Below, piece after piece: positions 1 to 9,207 of a stretch of 64,000 nucleotides of DNA. The position numbers were made by a program, and so were the translations under genes. The DNA lies in the IMG/VR virus record IMGVR_UViG_3300017917_000784, positions 21,170 to 85,169 of that record; one strand, written 5' to 3'. Each line of letters starts with the position of its first letter. Positions within the stretch are counted from its first letter, which is position 1. This DNA comes from a virus. The notes beneath the pieces were generated by a model. The model ran no database searches. It had not been told where the DNA came from and was given only the letters and a program-made list of their open reading frames with translations.

Positions 1-1
1 A

Positions 2-2023
2 TTCTGCCTATGGGATCAATTTCCTAAAAAGCGCGAATATGAAAAATATGGGCGTATGCAAGAAACATACGATTTAGTTGGTCGAGTACATCTCGACTCG
101 TTGGAATTGTATCGTAAATATACCTATGAAGAACGTCATACCTATCGATTAGACGCTATTGGAGAGATGGAAATTGGCGAAAACAAAACAGTATATGAAG
201 GTACTCTAGATCAACTTTACAACAAAGACTTTCATACTTTTATTGAATATAATAGACAAGACGTGGCCTTGTTAAACAAACTTGATGATAAATTAAAGTT
301 CTTAGATCTCGCCAACAAACTAGCACATGAATGTACAGTACTGTTACAGACTACTATGGGCGCCGTAGCCGTTACCGAACAGGCTATTATCAACGAAGCG
401 CATCGTAGAGGTTTCCAAGTTCCTAACCGTCCCAAGCGTGAAGACGGAGAGGACACTGCGGCTGCCGGTGCTTATGTTGCATACCCTAAAGAAGGTTTGC
501 AAGATTGGATTGGTTCTCTAGATATTAACTCGTTGTACCCTAGTGCGATTCGTGCATTAAACATGGGTCCAGAAACTATTGTTGGACAACTACGTCCTGT
601 ATATACGCAGGCACATATACACGAACAAACTACTCTTAAGAAAAAATCATTTGCGGCTGCTTGGGAAGGAATGTTTGGAACTGTGGAATACGAAGCAGTT
701 ATGGAAAAACGTAGAGATACTGAAATTACCATAGACTGGGAAGATGGCAATAGTACTGTACACAGTGCCGCAGAAGTATATCAATTGATCTTTGATAGTC
801 ATCAACCTTGGATGCTGTCTGCAAACGGTACTATCTTCACTTACGAAAAAGAAGGTATCATTCCAGGATTGTTAAAACGTTGGTATGCTGAACGTAAAGA
901 AATGCAGGCTAAATTAAAGGAATGTATAGCGGCGGGGAACAAAATTGAAGAAGAATATTGGGACAAACGTCAGTTGGTTAAGAAGATTAATCTTAACAGT
1001 CTTTACGGTGCTATTCTTAATCCTGGTTGTCGTTTTTTCGATAAACGTATTGGTCAAAGTACAACCCTTACTGGACGTCAGATTGCCAAGCATATGGCTA
1101 GTAAGGTAAATGAAATTATTACCGGAGAATACAATCACGTAGGTCGTGCTGTTATATACGGCGACACAGACTCCTGTTATTTCAGTGCTTATTCTACATT
1201 AAAGAAAGACATTGAAGCAGGTGTTATTCCGTGGACTAAAGAAAATGTTATTGCACTTTATGATCAAATAGGAGAAGAAGTTAATGGCACGTTTGTTAAA
1301 TTCATGGAACAACAGTTCCACTGTCCGCCCAGCAGAGGAGAAGTCATCAAAGCAGGTCGCGAGATTGTTGCTTCCAAAGGACTATTCATCACAAAGAAAA
1401 GATACGCAGTGCTCTACTTCGATAAAGAAGGAAAACGTACCGATATTGATGGTAAGCCAGGCAAAATCAAAGCCATGGGACTCGACCTCAAACGAAGCGA
1501 CACTCCTGCATTCATCCAAGACTTCTTAAGCGATGTTCTTGAACGTGTACTAACGGGTGCCACAGAAACTGAAGTATTAGATTTTATCACGGCATTCCGC
1601 ACAGAATTTAAGAGCAGACCAGGTTGGGAGAAAGGCAGTCCGAAACGTGCTAACAACATTACCGAGTATGCGGCTAAAGAAGCCAAGGCCGGTAAAGCAA
1701 ATATGCCAGGTCACGTTCGTGCAAGTATCAACTGGAATACATTGCGTAGAATGAACGGAGACAAATATTCTATGCAAATCGTAGACGGAGCCAAAGTTAT
1801 TGTATGTAAACTTAGAGATAATCCTTTGGGATTTACATCTGTAGCATATCCCGTAGACGAACTAAGATTGCCAAAATGGTTTATGGAACTACCTTTTGAC
1901 GATGCTGAAATGGAAAGTACCATTATAGACAATAAGTTAGAGAACCTAATTGGTGTACTTCATTGGGACATTAAATCAACCGAAGAGAAAAATACATTTA
2001 ATAAATTGTTTGACTTTTCCTAA
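2..2023 (+). CDS. polB: Family B DNA polymerase (T4 gp43-like), 5' end outside window
   Basis: Motifs SLDINSLYPS, KINLNSLYG, YGDTDS and KKRYA. The frame is open back to position 2, so ATG 56 is internal. Confidence 0.97.
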   Translation, partial: FCLWDQFPKKREYEKYGRMQETYDLVGRVHLDSLELYRKYTYEERHTYRLDAIGEMEIGENKTVYEGTLDQLYNKDFHTFIEYNRQDVALLNKLDDKLKFLDLANKLAHECTVLLQTTMGAVAVTEQAIINEAHRRGFQVPNRPKREDGEDTAAAGAYVAYPKEGLQDWIGSLDINSLYPSAIRALNMGPETIVGQLRPVYTQAHIHEQTTLKKKSFAAAWEGMFGTVEYEAVMEKRRDTEITIDWEDGNSTVHSAAEVYQLIFDSHQPWMLSANGTIFTYEKEGIIPGLLKRWYAERKEMQAKLKECIAAGNKIEEEYWDKRQLVKKINLNSLYGAILNPGCRFFDKRIGQSTTLTGRQIAKHMASKVNEIITGEYNHVGRAVIYGDTDSCYFSAYSTLKKDIEAGVIPWTKENVIALYDQIGEEVNGTFVKFMEQQFHCPPSRGEVIKAGREIVASKGLFITKKRYAVLYFDKEGKRTDIDGKPGKIKAMGLDLKRSDTPAFIQDFLSDVLERVLTGATETEVLDFITAFRTEFKSRPGWEKGSPKRANNITEYAAKEAKAGKANMPGHVRASINWNTLRRMNGDKYSMQIVDGAKVIVCKLRDNPLGFTSVAYPVDELRLPKWFMELPFDDAEMESTIIDNKLENLIGVLHWDIKSTEEKNTFNKLFDFS

Positions 2024-2037
2024 AAAACCTATATACT
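2010..2037 (+). promoter_or_regulatory. Sigma70-like promoter upstream of the sliding clamp
   Basis: TTGACT (2010-2015), 16-nt spacer, TATACT (2032-2037); SD AAGGAG before ATG 2059. Confidence 0.55.
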
Positions 2038-2058
2038 ATATCTATCCAAGGAGAAAAA

Positions 2059-2790
2059 ATGAAAGATATTTTACAAGACATCGTAGCACACACTCATAGC
2101 CTAGGCTTTTTGCCTTTGGTTAAAATTACAGGTGCTGACGATTCAACAACAATCGAAAGTATGGCTGAAGATCGTTCAGTTATTGTAACTGCTAATGCTC
2201 ATAAGCCTGTGGAAGAATTTGTTGGCACATTTGGTATGCCAAACTTAGATAAACTTAATTTGCATTTAAAGAATCCCGAGTACAAAGAAAATGCTAAGAT
2301 TGATGTAGTCAAAGCAGAACGTAACGGTGCAGTTGTTCCAACAGGACTACACTTTGAAAACCAAGCAGGGGACTTTCAGAATGACTATCGTTTTATGAAC
2401 GCAGACATTATTAATGAAAAGTTAAAGAGTGTTAAGTTCAAAGGCGCTAGTTGGGAAGTTGAATTCAAACCCAGTGTTGCTAGTATTCAGCGTCTTAAAT
2501 TACAAGCCGAAGCACACAGCGAAGAAAGTGTTTTCCAAGTTCGCACAGAAGATGGTAATCTAGTAATTTTCTTTGGTGATGCAGCCAGCCACGCAGGTAG
2601 TTTTGTATTCCAGCACGATGTTGGCGGCAAACTAAAACACACTTGGAGTTGGCCAGTTAATCAAGTACGTAGTATCCTTAACTTAGACGGTGATGTTACT
2701 ATGAAGATTGCCGATGCAGGTGCTATGCAGATTACTGTTGACAGTGGTATTGCAGAGTATAACTATATTCTGCCAGCACAAAGCAAATAA
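2059..2790 (+). CDS. DNA polymerase sliding clamp (gp45/PCNA-like)
   Basis: 243 aa, beta-rich, directly after polB, C-terminal YNYILPA typical of phage clamps; strong SD. Confidence 0.75.
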   Translation: MKDILQDIVAHTHSLGFLPLVKITGADDSTTIESMAEDRSVIVTANAHKPVEEFVGTFGMPNLDKLNLHLKNPEYKENAKIDVVKAERNGAVVPTGLHFENQAGDFQNDYRFMNADIINEKLKSVKFKGASWEVEFKPSVASIQRLKLQAEAHSEESVFQVRTEDGNLVIFFGDAASHAGSFVFQHDVGGKLKHTWSWPVNQVRSILNLDGDVTMKIADAGAMQITVDSGIAEYNYILPAQSK

Positions 2791-2791
2791 T

Positions 2792-3055
2792 ATGACAGTT
2801 ATATTAAACTATATTAAAACGCATATTCCCCAGATGGAGATGGCTGGGGTTATTATGCGTATTTTTTGTTTTACACTAGTGTCGTGGTTAGGTCCTGCAA
2901 GTCCGTTTATGCTTGTATGGGTTGTTAATACCCTAGATGCTATTCTATTAACCTACTGTGCTATTTTAAAGAAAGACAAAGCATATACTTTACTAAATGG
3001 CTTTTGGATCTTAGTAGGTATAGTTGGAATTCTGCGAGCCGGTGGGTGGATCTAA
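2792..3055 (+). CDS. Small membrane protein (about 3 TM)
   Basis: ATG 1 nt after the clamp stop; hydrophobic segments ending LLNGFWILVGIVGILR. Confidence 0.65.
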   Translation: MTVILNYIKTHIPQMEMAGVIMRIFCFTLVSWLGPASPFMLVWVVNTLDAILLTYCAILKKDKAYTLLNGFWILVGIVGILRAGGWI

Positions 3056-3065
3056 GGAAAACTTT

Positions 3066-3563
3066 ATGTCATCGAGAGATACAACACAAGACGATTTAGA
3101 TTTAGAAACGTTGATCGATTTATTTGATACAGCATTAACATCTAATAATCCTGCTATGAAAAAAGCCATTAAGAACTTGCTTCTTGTGGCTACTTTAATT
3201 GACAGTGAGCTGTCTCCAGAACAACGTGTACGTGGACCATTGCGTCAAGCCTTGGAAGATATGCGTGATCTTAGTCGACGTATGGATCGAATTGAAATGG
3301 AACAGCGTAATCAAAAGAACCCTTACACATATCCTATGCCAGCCACTCCTTATAGTCCGGCGCCAGCCACTCCTTGGCCTAATCCTAACATTACCACGCC
3401 TTGGGTTATTCCCCCTGGCACGACTATAAGTACATCAACTAGCGGTTCAAGTTACACTATACCTGATGCATACAGTGTTAACTCTAAAGTCACCGTTAGT
3501 ACAACTGCATTTGATGATCAATTTCGTGCAGAAGAACTATTAACTAAATTAGAGAGTAAATGA
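3066..3563 (+). CDS. Hypothetical protein with Pro/Thr-rich region
   Basis: SD AAGGA before ATG 3066; stop overlaps the next ATG. Confidence 0.65.
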   Translation: MSSRDTTQDDLDLETLIDLFDTALTSNNPAMKKAIKNLLLVATLIDSELSPEQRVRGPLRQALEDMRDLSRRMDRIEMEQRNQKNPYTYPMPATPYSPAPATPWPNPNITTPWVIPPGTTISTSTSGSSYTIPDAYSVNSKVTVSTTAFDDQFRAEELLTKLESK

Positions 3564-5116
3564 ATAAAAATTTAACCGCCACGCAGAAAGACTATGCAAT
3601 ATTTTTGCCAGCAACGTCTGGCTTTTATGCTACATTTATAGGGAAACAGCGGTATGGTAACTATGTGGATCCAGCACGTATTCCTAAGTCTTTCCTTAAC
3701 GGTGTAGAAAGTTTAAACTACCTAAACCCAGATAAGGGTGCATTTTATTATAATTGGTGTTTATATTCAGCAGGGCATGCCAATCTTGACTTAAACAAAG
3801 TAGATCACGGTGAGGACATGTTCCGTAATCGAGATCGAAATACTAGTTGGGTATTAGGCGACAGCGGCGGTTTCCAAATTGGTAAAGGTGTATGGGAGGG
3901 TGATTGGAAAAATCCTAACTGTCCTAAAGCACAAAAGAAACGCGAACAAGTTCTTAAGTGGATGGATGCACTTATGGACTATGGTATGTGTCTTGATATT
4001 CCTGCTTGGGTTGCTCGTAGCCCTGCTGGTCAAAAAGCCACAGGTATTACTACTTACGCAGAAGCAGTTCAAGGAACTTATATTAACAATGATTGGTTTG
4101 TAAACAATCGCAACGGTAATTGTAAATTCCTTAATGTGTTACAAGGCGAAAATCATGCCGATGCAGATGATTGGTATGATCGTATGAAGAAGTATTGTGA
4201 TACTAAGATTTATGGTGATCGTGCTTTTAACGGCTGGGCTATGGGCGGACAAAATATGTGCGACATACACTTAGTATTAAAAAGATTAGTAGCATTACGA
4301 TTCGACGGATTACTTGAAAAGGGCCAACACGATTGGATGCACTTCTTAGGCACAAGTAAACTAGAATGGGCAGTATTACTCACTGACATTCAACGAGCAG
4401 TTCGTAAGTACCATAACCCTAATTTTACAATCAGTTTTGACTGTGCAAGTCCGTTCTTAGCCACAGCCAACGGTCAAGTCTATGTTCAAACAGAAACTGA
4501 GGATAGAACTAAATGGGTCTACAGAATGTTACCTAGTATTGATAACAAAAAATATCATCAGGACACTAGACTATTTCGAGATGCAGTAGTACAAGACGGA
4601 CATTTTAAAAACTTTGACAACAGCCCAATTATCGACGGAGTAGAAATCAAAGATGTTTGTATTTACGGTCCAGGCGATTTGAATAAAATTGGCAAAGAAG
4701 GTAAAACAAGTTGGGATAGTTTTAGTTACGCTATATTAATGGGCCATAATGTTTGGATGCATCTAAACAGTGTGCAAGAAGCCAATCGTCAATATGATGC
4801 TGGTCGCTGTCCTAGTATGCTGGTTCAGGAACGCTTTGATAGATTATTTTTTAAAGACATCGTTGAAGCAATATTTTCAACCAGTGATAGAGCAACTGCT
4901 GACAAGGTAGTAGAAGAATACAGTCGTTTTTGGATGAGTATTATTGGTACAAGAGGTGCAGTAGGTAAGAAAACAGTAAATGCTAGTACCAAATATTTCG
5001 AATTGTTTGACGAAGTGGACAATAATAGTGTACAATCTACTGAAGAAGGCCATAGCGAAGAGTTTTCTGAAGAAGAAATTCACAAATTAGACAATTTAGA
5101 AGAAAGTGTAAAATGA
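3560..5116 (+). CDS. dpdA: TGT-fold guanine transglycosylase, DpdA-like (7-deazaguanine insertion)
   Basis: TGT motifs GDSGGFQ, CLDIP, VLQG, AMGG, HFLG, SFDCASP (nucleophile Asp) and late HN. No CxCxxC zinc site seen. Confidence 0.85.
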   Translation: MNKNLTATQKDYAIFLPATSGFYATFIGKQRYGNYVDPARIPKSFLNGVESLNYLNPDKGAFYYNWCLYSAGHANLDLNKVDHGEDMFRNRDRNTSWVLGDSGGFQIGKGVWEGDWKNPNCPKAQKKREQVLKWMDALMDYGMCLDIPAWVARSPAGQKATGITTYAEAVQGTYINNDWFVNNRNGNCKFLNVLQGENHADADDWYDRMKKYCDTKIYGDRAFNGWAMGGQNMCDIHLVLKRLVALRFDGLLEKGQHDWMHFLGTSKLEWAVLLTDIQRAVRKYHNPNFTISFDCASPFLATANGQVYVQTETEDRTKWVYRMLPSIDNKKYHQDTRLFRDAVVQDGHFKNFDNSPIIDGVEIKDVCIYGPGDLNKIGKEGKTSWDSFSYAILMGHNVWMHLNSVQEANRQYDAGRCPSMLVQERFDRLFFKDIVEAIFSTSDRATADKVVEEYSRFWMSIIGTRGAVGKKTVNASTKYFELFDEVDNNSVQSTEEGHSEEFSEEEIHKLDNLEESVK

Positions 5117-5991
5117 CAGCATTAGTTGTTGGATTGGGCATGGGTAATCTCTATGTTCAAGAATTAAAAAAATTAGGACATACTGTTGATACCGTTGACA
5201 CAGATAAAAACAAAAATCCAACATTTTTATCCGCAGATCAGGTAACCGGTCATTACGCTATTGCCGTTATTTGTACTCCAAATTTTACACACGAGCCCAT
5301 TGCAAGAACTATTGCAGATAAATGCGATATAGTTTTAATTGAAAAGCCAGGAGTCAAAGATAGTAATTCTTGGAAACAATTAACCGAAGATTATCCCAAT
5401 ACTAGATTTATGATGATTAAAAATAATCAGTATAGGGATGAAATTTCACTGTTTAAAAAACAAGCTCTAGAAAGTAACAAAGTTTACGTTCGATGGAATA
5501 ATGCAAATAGGATACCAAGTCCCGGCAGTTGGTTTACTACTAAATCAAAAGCATTTGGCGGAGTTAGCAGAGATTTAATACCGCACATGCTCAGTTATTA
5601 TTGTGCGTTAACAGATTATAAGCAAGGTAATAAAATTACTGCGACAGCAAAACAAAACTACGAACTTAAAAATATAGATTCCACCGATTACGGTATTATT
5701 GATCCTAACGGAATATATGACGTTGATGATTTTTGTTTGTTTGAATTTAAAAACGAAAACACCACTTGGATATTGACTGCTAATTGGAGAACTAAATTAG
5801 ATCATGATGATAGTAGTATTGCATTTGTGTCTAAAAACGAATTGCCTAATAGATATGAGTTAGGGTTATGTCCTGAAGAAGCATATAATAAAATGATGTC
5901 AACTGCAATACAAAACCTAAATAATGACGAGTTTTGGAAAATACAATTGGATCAAGATCTTTGGATACATCAACAGATAGAAAATTTATGA
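5113..5991 (+). CDS. Gfo/Idh/MocA family oxidoreductase
   Basis: GLGMG Rossmann start, CTPNFTH, IEKP, GGVSRDLIPH. Confidence 0.88.
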   Translation: MTALVVGLGMGNLYVQELKKLGHTVDTVDTDKNKNPTFLSADQVTGHYAIAVICTPNFTHEPIARTIADKCDIVLIEKPGVKDSNSWKQLTEDYPNTRFMMIKNNQYRDEISLFKKQALESNKVYVRWNNANRIPSPGSWFTTKSKAFGGVSRDLIPHMLSYYCALTDYKQGNKITATAKQNYELKNIDSTDYGIIDPNGIYDVDDFCLFEFKNENTTWILTANWRTKLDHDDSSIAFVSKNELPNRYELGLCPEEAYNKMMSTAIQNLNNDEFWKIQLDQDLWIHQQIENL

Positions 5992-7157
5992 AACCTCATA
6001 TAATGTTGAGGAACAGTCTAGCAGGTATTACGACTAGTCTGGCCATGGTGCCAGAAGTTGTTGCTTTTGCTTTATTGGCACAAGTTAATCCGTTAGTTGG
6101 TCTCTATGCCGCAGTGGTACTCGGATTAGTTACTGCATTATTTGGAGGCAGACCAGGACTAATCAGCGGCGGCGCAGGTAGTTTGGCCGTAGTTAGCGTT
6201 GCCTTAGTTGTCAGTCACGGTGTGGAATATCTGTTTGCCTGTATTATACTTATGGGTATTTTTCAATTTTTATTTGGAGTATTTAGGTTAGGCAAACTAA
6301 TCAAATTAGTAAGTCCTAGTGTAATGACTGGGTTTGTTAACGGATTGGCATTAGTTATTTTCCTTTCTCAATTTCATCAACTTAAAATCGATGATGTATG
6401 GTTACAAGGTTCAGCGTTGTTTAACATGATCGGCCTTGTTGCTGTTACTGTCTTCGGAGTAATTGTTGCTCCTAAAATAACTCGTCACATTCCAGCCAGC
6501 CTTTTTGGTATAGTGTTAGTCACTGCTATAGTATGGTGGTTTGGTATCGAGACTAGAACTGTTGGAGATATTGCTCAAATTAGTGGTTCCCTTCCTAGTT
6601 TTAATATTCCTAGTGTGCCTATGACGTTAGAGACCCTTTGGATTATTTTGCCTTATAGTTTGATACTTGCTATGATTGGGTTAATTGAGACATTATTAAC
6701 TGCTAATTTGGTTGACGATTTTGTACATCAACATAAACCCAATCATAAAACACACCCAAATAAAGAAAGTATGGCTCAAGGAGCAGGTAATATTTTAACT
6801 GGCTTTTTTGGAGGAATGGGCGGCTGTGCTATGATTGGTCAAACTGTAATTAATCTAGAGGCTGGTGGATTTCATAGATTAGCAGGAGTTGTCCAAGCAC
6901 TTTGCATCCTTGCTTACATTGTATTTGCTAGTTTTTTAATTGAGTCAATACCACTGGCCGCATTGATTGGTGTAATGTTTGTTGTGTGTTATCATACATT
7001 TAACTGGAAAAGTTTAAAAGTCTTTACACAGCCTAAAGAAGATGTTATTATTATTTTTATAGTAACTGTATCAACTGTGATTTTTAATTTGGCATATGCT
7101 GTTATAATTGGGGTACTATTAACTACCTTACTTAACTATCGAAGAAAAGTTATATGA
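5988..7157 (+). CDS. sulP: SulP/SLC26 family anion transporter without STAS domain
   Basis: PEVVAFA, GLYAA, FGGRPGLISG, GGMGGCAMIGQT and many TM helices; ATGA overlap with the upstream gene. Confidence 0.92.
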   Translation: MKPHIMLRNSLAGITTSLAMVPEVVAFALLAQVNPLVGLYAAVVLGLVTALFGGRPGLISGGAGSLAVVSVALVVSHGVEYLFACIILMGIFQFLFGVFRLGKLIKLVSPSVMTGFVNGLALVIFLSQFHQLKIDDVWLQGSALFNMIGLVAVTVFGVIVAPKITRHIPASLFGIVLVTAIVWWFGIETRTVGDIAQISGSLPSFNIPSVPMTLETLWIILPYSLILAMIGLIETLLTANLVDDFVHQHKPNHKTHPNKESMAQGAGNILTGFFGGMGGCAMIGQTVINLEAGGFHRLAGVVQALCILAYIVFASFLIESIPLAALIGVMFVVCYHTFNWKSLKVFTQPKEDVIIIFIVTVSTVIFNLAYAVIIGVLLTTLLNYRRKVI

Positions 7158-8044
7158 ATGTAAAAGTGTTACAGACATTAGGCGATGGAAAATTTGTAGA
7201 AGTTGACTGGAAAAAGCCCGAACCAACTAATACAGAAATTGAAGTCAAAAATATTATGACCGGTATCTGTCGTAGCGATATTGATATGATGACCGGTGAT
7301 TTTGGCCCGTTACCTATTCATATGCAAGGGCACGAGGGGTTAGGTGTAGTAACTAAAGTAGGTAGTGAAATCACAGATGTTAAAGTTGGAGATTTAGTTG
7401 CTACACGCGGCGAACCTGCTTATGCTGATTATTATAATGTTAAGAAAAAAGAATATGTATCGGTACCCGAAGCTCACCCAAGATATATTATTGAACCTGT
7501 GGCCTGCGGTATTAATATTGTAGAGCAACCTAGAAAAGAAATTGAAAAACGACAAGGCGGAAGGTTATTAATTCTAGGTAGTGGGTTTTTAGCCTGGGTA
7601 GCGTACCATGATATTCTTTGGAATAAGTTTAATTTTGAAATTGATGTAGTGGGTACTGCTAACAAAGACCTTTGGGGCGATGTTCTTAAATCAGAATATC
7701 ATGGCAAGTATGACGTTATTATTGATTTGAGCAGTAAAGACGATGCGTTAACTAAAGATATTTTAAATGTTGGAGCATTAGTTATTTTTGGTAGTCAAAA
7801 ATCTACTAACAGTGACTTTAGGTATCTACTTTGGAATGCCTGTACTATGACATTTCCTAGTCCAAGAAATGATGAGTTTTATTATTGGATGAAAAAAGCC
7901 GTTTACAGGATTCAAAACGGTGAACTTGATGTTGACAAGTTCTGGACAAAAGCATATAATAGAAGCACAGAATGGCAACAGGCGTTTCAAGACGGGTTGA
8001 ATAGGCAATTAGGCTACAGTAGAGGGTATATTAAATGGGTTTGA
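7154..8044 (+). CDS. Zinc-binding (MDR) alcohol dehydrogenase
   Basis: GICRSD, GHEGLG, VGDLV, IEPVAC, ILGSGFL. Confidence 0.9.
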   Translation: MNVKVLQTLGDGKFVEVDWKKPEPTNTEIEVKNIMTGICRSDIDMMTGDFGPLPIHMQGHEGLGVVTKVGSEITDVKVGDLVATRGEPAYADYYNVKKKEYVSVPEAHPRYIIEPVACGINIVEQPRKEIEKRQGGRLLILGSGFLAWVAYHDILWNKFNFEIDVVGTANKDLWGDVLKSEYHGKYDVIIDLSSKDDALTKDILNVGALVIFGSQKSTNSDFRYLLWNACTMTFPSPRNDEFYYWMKKAVYRIQNGELDVDKFWTKAYNRSTEWQQAFQDGLNRQLGYSRGYIKWV

Positions 8045-8559
8045 ATACCGAAGAACGACAAGGGGTAGTGTATTTTACAGGATACGAAGTTGAACATACT
8101 ATATGCCATGGTATGTTTACATTGTTTGTAGTAGGAACACCTCCATTAAAAGAAATTATAGAACAGGCCGAAAAACACAAAGTTAAACACGTTTACTTTG
8201 GTACTAGTCAAAGTTTTAATCCTAAAAGTATTAGCCATGAAGAATATAAAGCATGGGATGAAGTCATCGTTGGATGTTTGAAAAAAGATTACTGGGTTAC
8301 ATTGGATTTTGGAGTTGAACATATCGAAGGTGTGCTCGAAAGTTGCTATTGCGAATATCCTCGGTTTGTTCCAATGATTAGTGTAAAACTTCCATACATT
8401 AACCAACTTAATTATAATGCTACACTTAAATTAGATGATCGTACGTGGGGTGCTACTAATCCTGGAGTATGGACTCATCACCTGCCAAGTTTGCTAAGTA
8501 AAGATAAATTTACCTACTGGGATCAATATACTCAAGACACGGAAATAAAATGCAAATGA
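8035..8559 (+). CDS. Hypothetical protein in the deazaguanine gene run
   Basis: Coupled ORF between the dehydrogenase and the T-fold gene; no motif recognised. Confidence 0.65.
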   Translation: MGLNTEERQGVVYFTGYEVEHTICHGMFTLFVVGTPPLKEIIEQAEKHKVKHVYFGTSQSFNPKSISHEEYKAWDEVIVGCLKKDYWVTLDFGVEHIEGVLESCYCEYPRFVPMISVKLPYINQLNYNATLKLDDRTWGATNPGVWTHHLPSLLSKDKFTYWDQYTQDTEIKCK

Positions 8560-8951
8560 AAATTAAACACGACGTTAGACCCAACAAAATGATCTGGGTT
8601 ACCTTTCGCAAAGAAGGTATTCATAAATATCCAGCCGCATTAACAGACCCCAATTTAGCAACAGGAGACGAGTATGATGTTTCGTTCCTTGGTTATCCTC
8701 ACCGTCATATCTTCCATTTCAGGGTGTGGATCTCTGTGCAACACAATGACAGGGACATCGAGTTCATCCAATTCAAACGATGGCTCGAGTCGCTGTATAA
8801 TGGTCAAGGTGCCGTTCTAAGCCTTGACTACAAGAGTTGCGAAATGATGTCAGATGATTTATATGACATCATTAGCAAAAAGTATCCGGACCGTGAGGTT
8901 TGGATTGAGGTCTCCGAAGATGGAGAAAATGGTTCATTCATCAAATATTAA
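8550..8951 (+). CDS. QueD/PTPS-like T-fold protein with LxxxHRHxF motif (DpdL-like, putative CDG decarboxylase)
   Basis: EGIH, LGYPHRHIF, SCE, VSEDGENG; lacks the CxxxHGH of canonical QueD. Confidence 0.75.
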   Translation: MQMKIKHDVRPNKMIWVTFRKEGIHKYPAALTDPNLATGDEYDVSFLGYPHRHIFHFRVWISVQHNDRDIEFIQFKRWLESLYNGQGAVLSLDYKSCEMMSDDLYDIISKKYPDREVWIEVSEDGENGSFIKY

Positions 8952-8970
8952 TCTTAAAGGAAACACTAAG

Positions 8971-9207
8971 ATGAAACCCGAAGTAGTCAAAATTTTTGAC
9001 GATCTTGAAGCACTGCATAATTTCTGCAGAATCGAACTCCTGCCGTTTGACCCGGCAGATTTGTACAACCGTAGTTCCAAAGTTTGGCGCGATTTCGAAT
9101 ATTCAAAGAAGCCTAAACGTCAGTGGAACAATGACAAGCCGCGATACAACAACGACCGGCCACGTCATAATAAAGAGTTTAATAATAAACCACGCTGGGA
9201 AAGATGA
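8971..9207 (+). CDS. Hypothetical protein with basic NN(D)KPR-repeat tail
   Basis: SD AAAGGA before ATG 8971. Confidence 0.65.
   Translation: MKPEVVKIFDDLEALHNFCRIELLPFDPADLYNRSSKVWRDFEYSKKPKRQWNNDKPRYNNDRPRHNKEFNNKPRWER

Noticed and set aside
2-2023. Intein or intron in the DNA polymerase
   Set aside because: Motifs A, B and C are normally spaced; no intein C/HN ends or frame break in the visible part.
3338-3375. 14-nt direct repeat gccagccactcctt
   Set aside because: It encodes a PATP repeat in a Pro-rich linker; only two copies.
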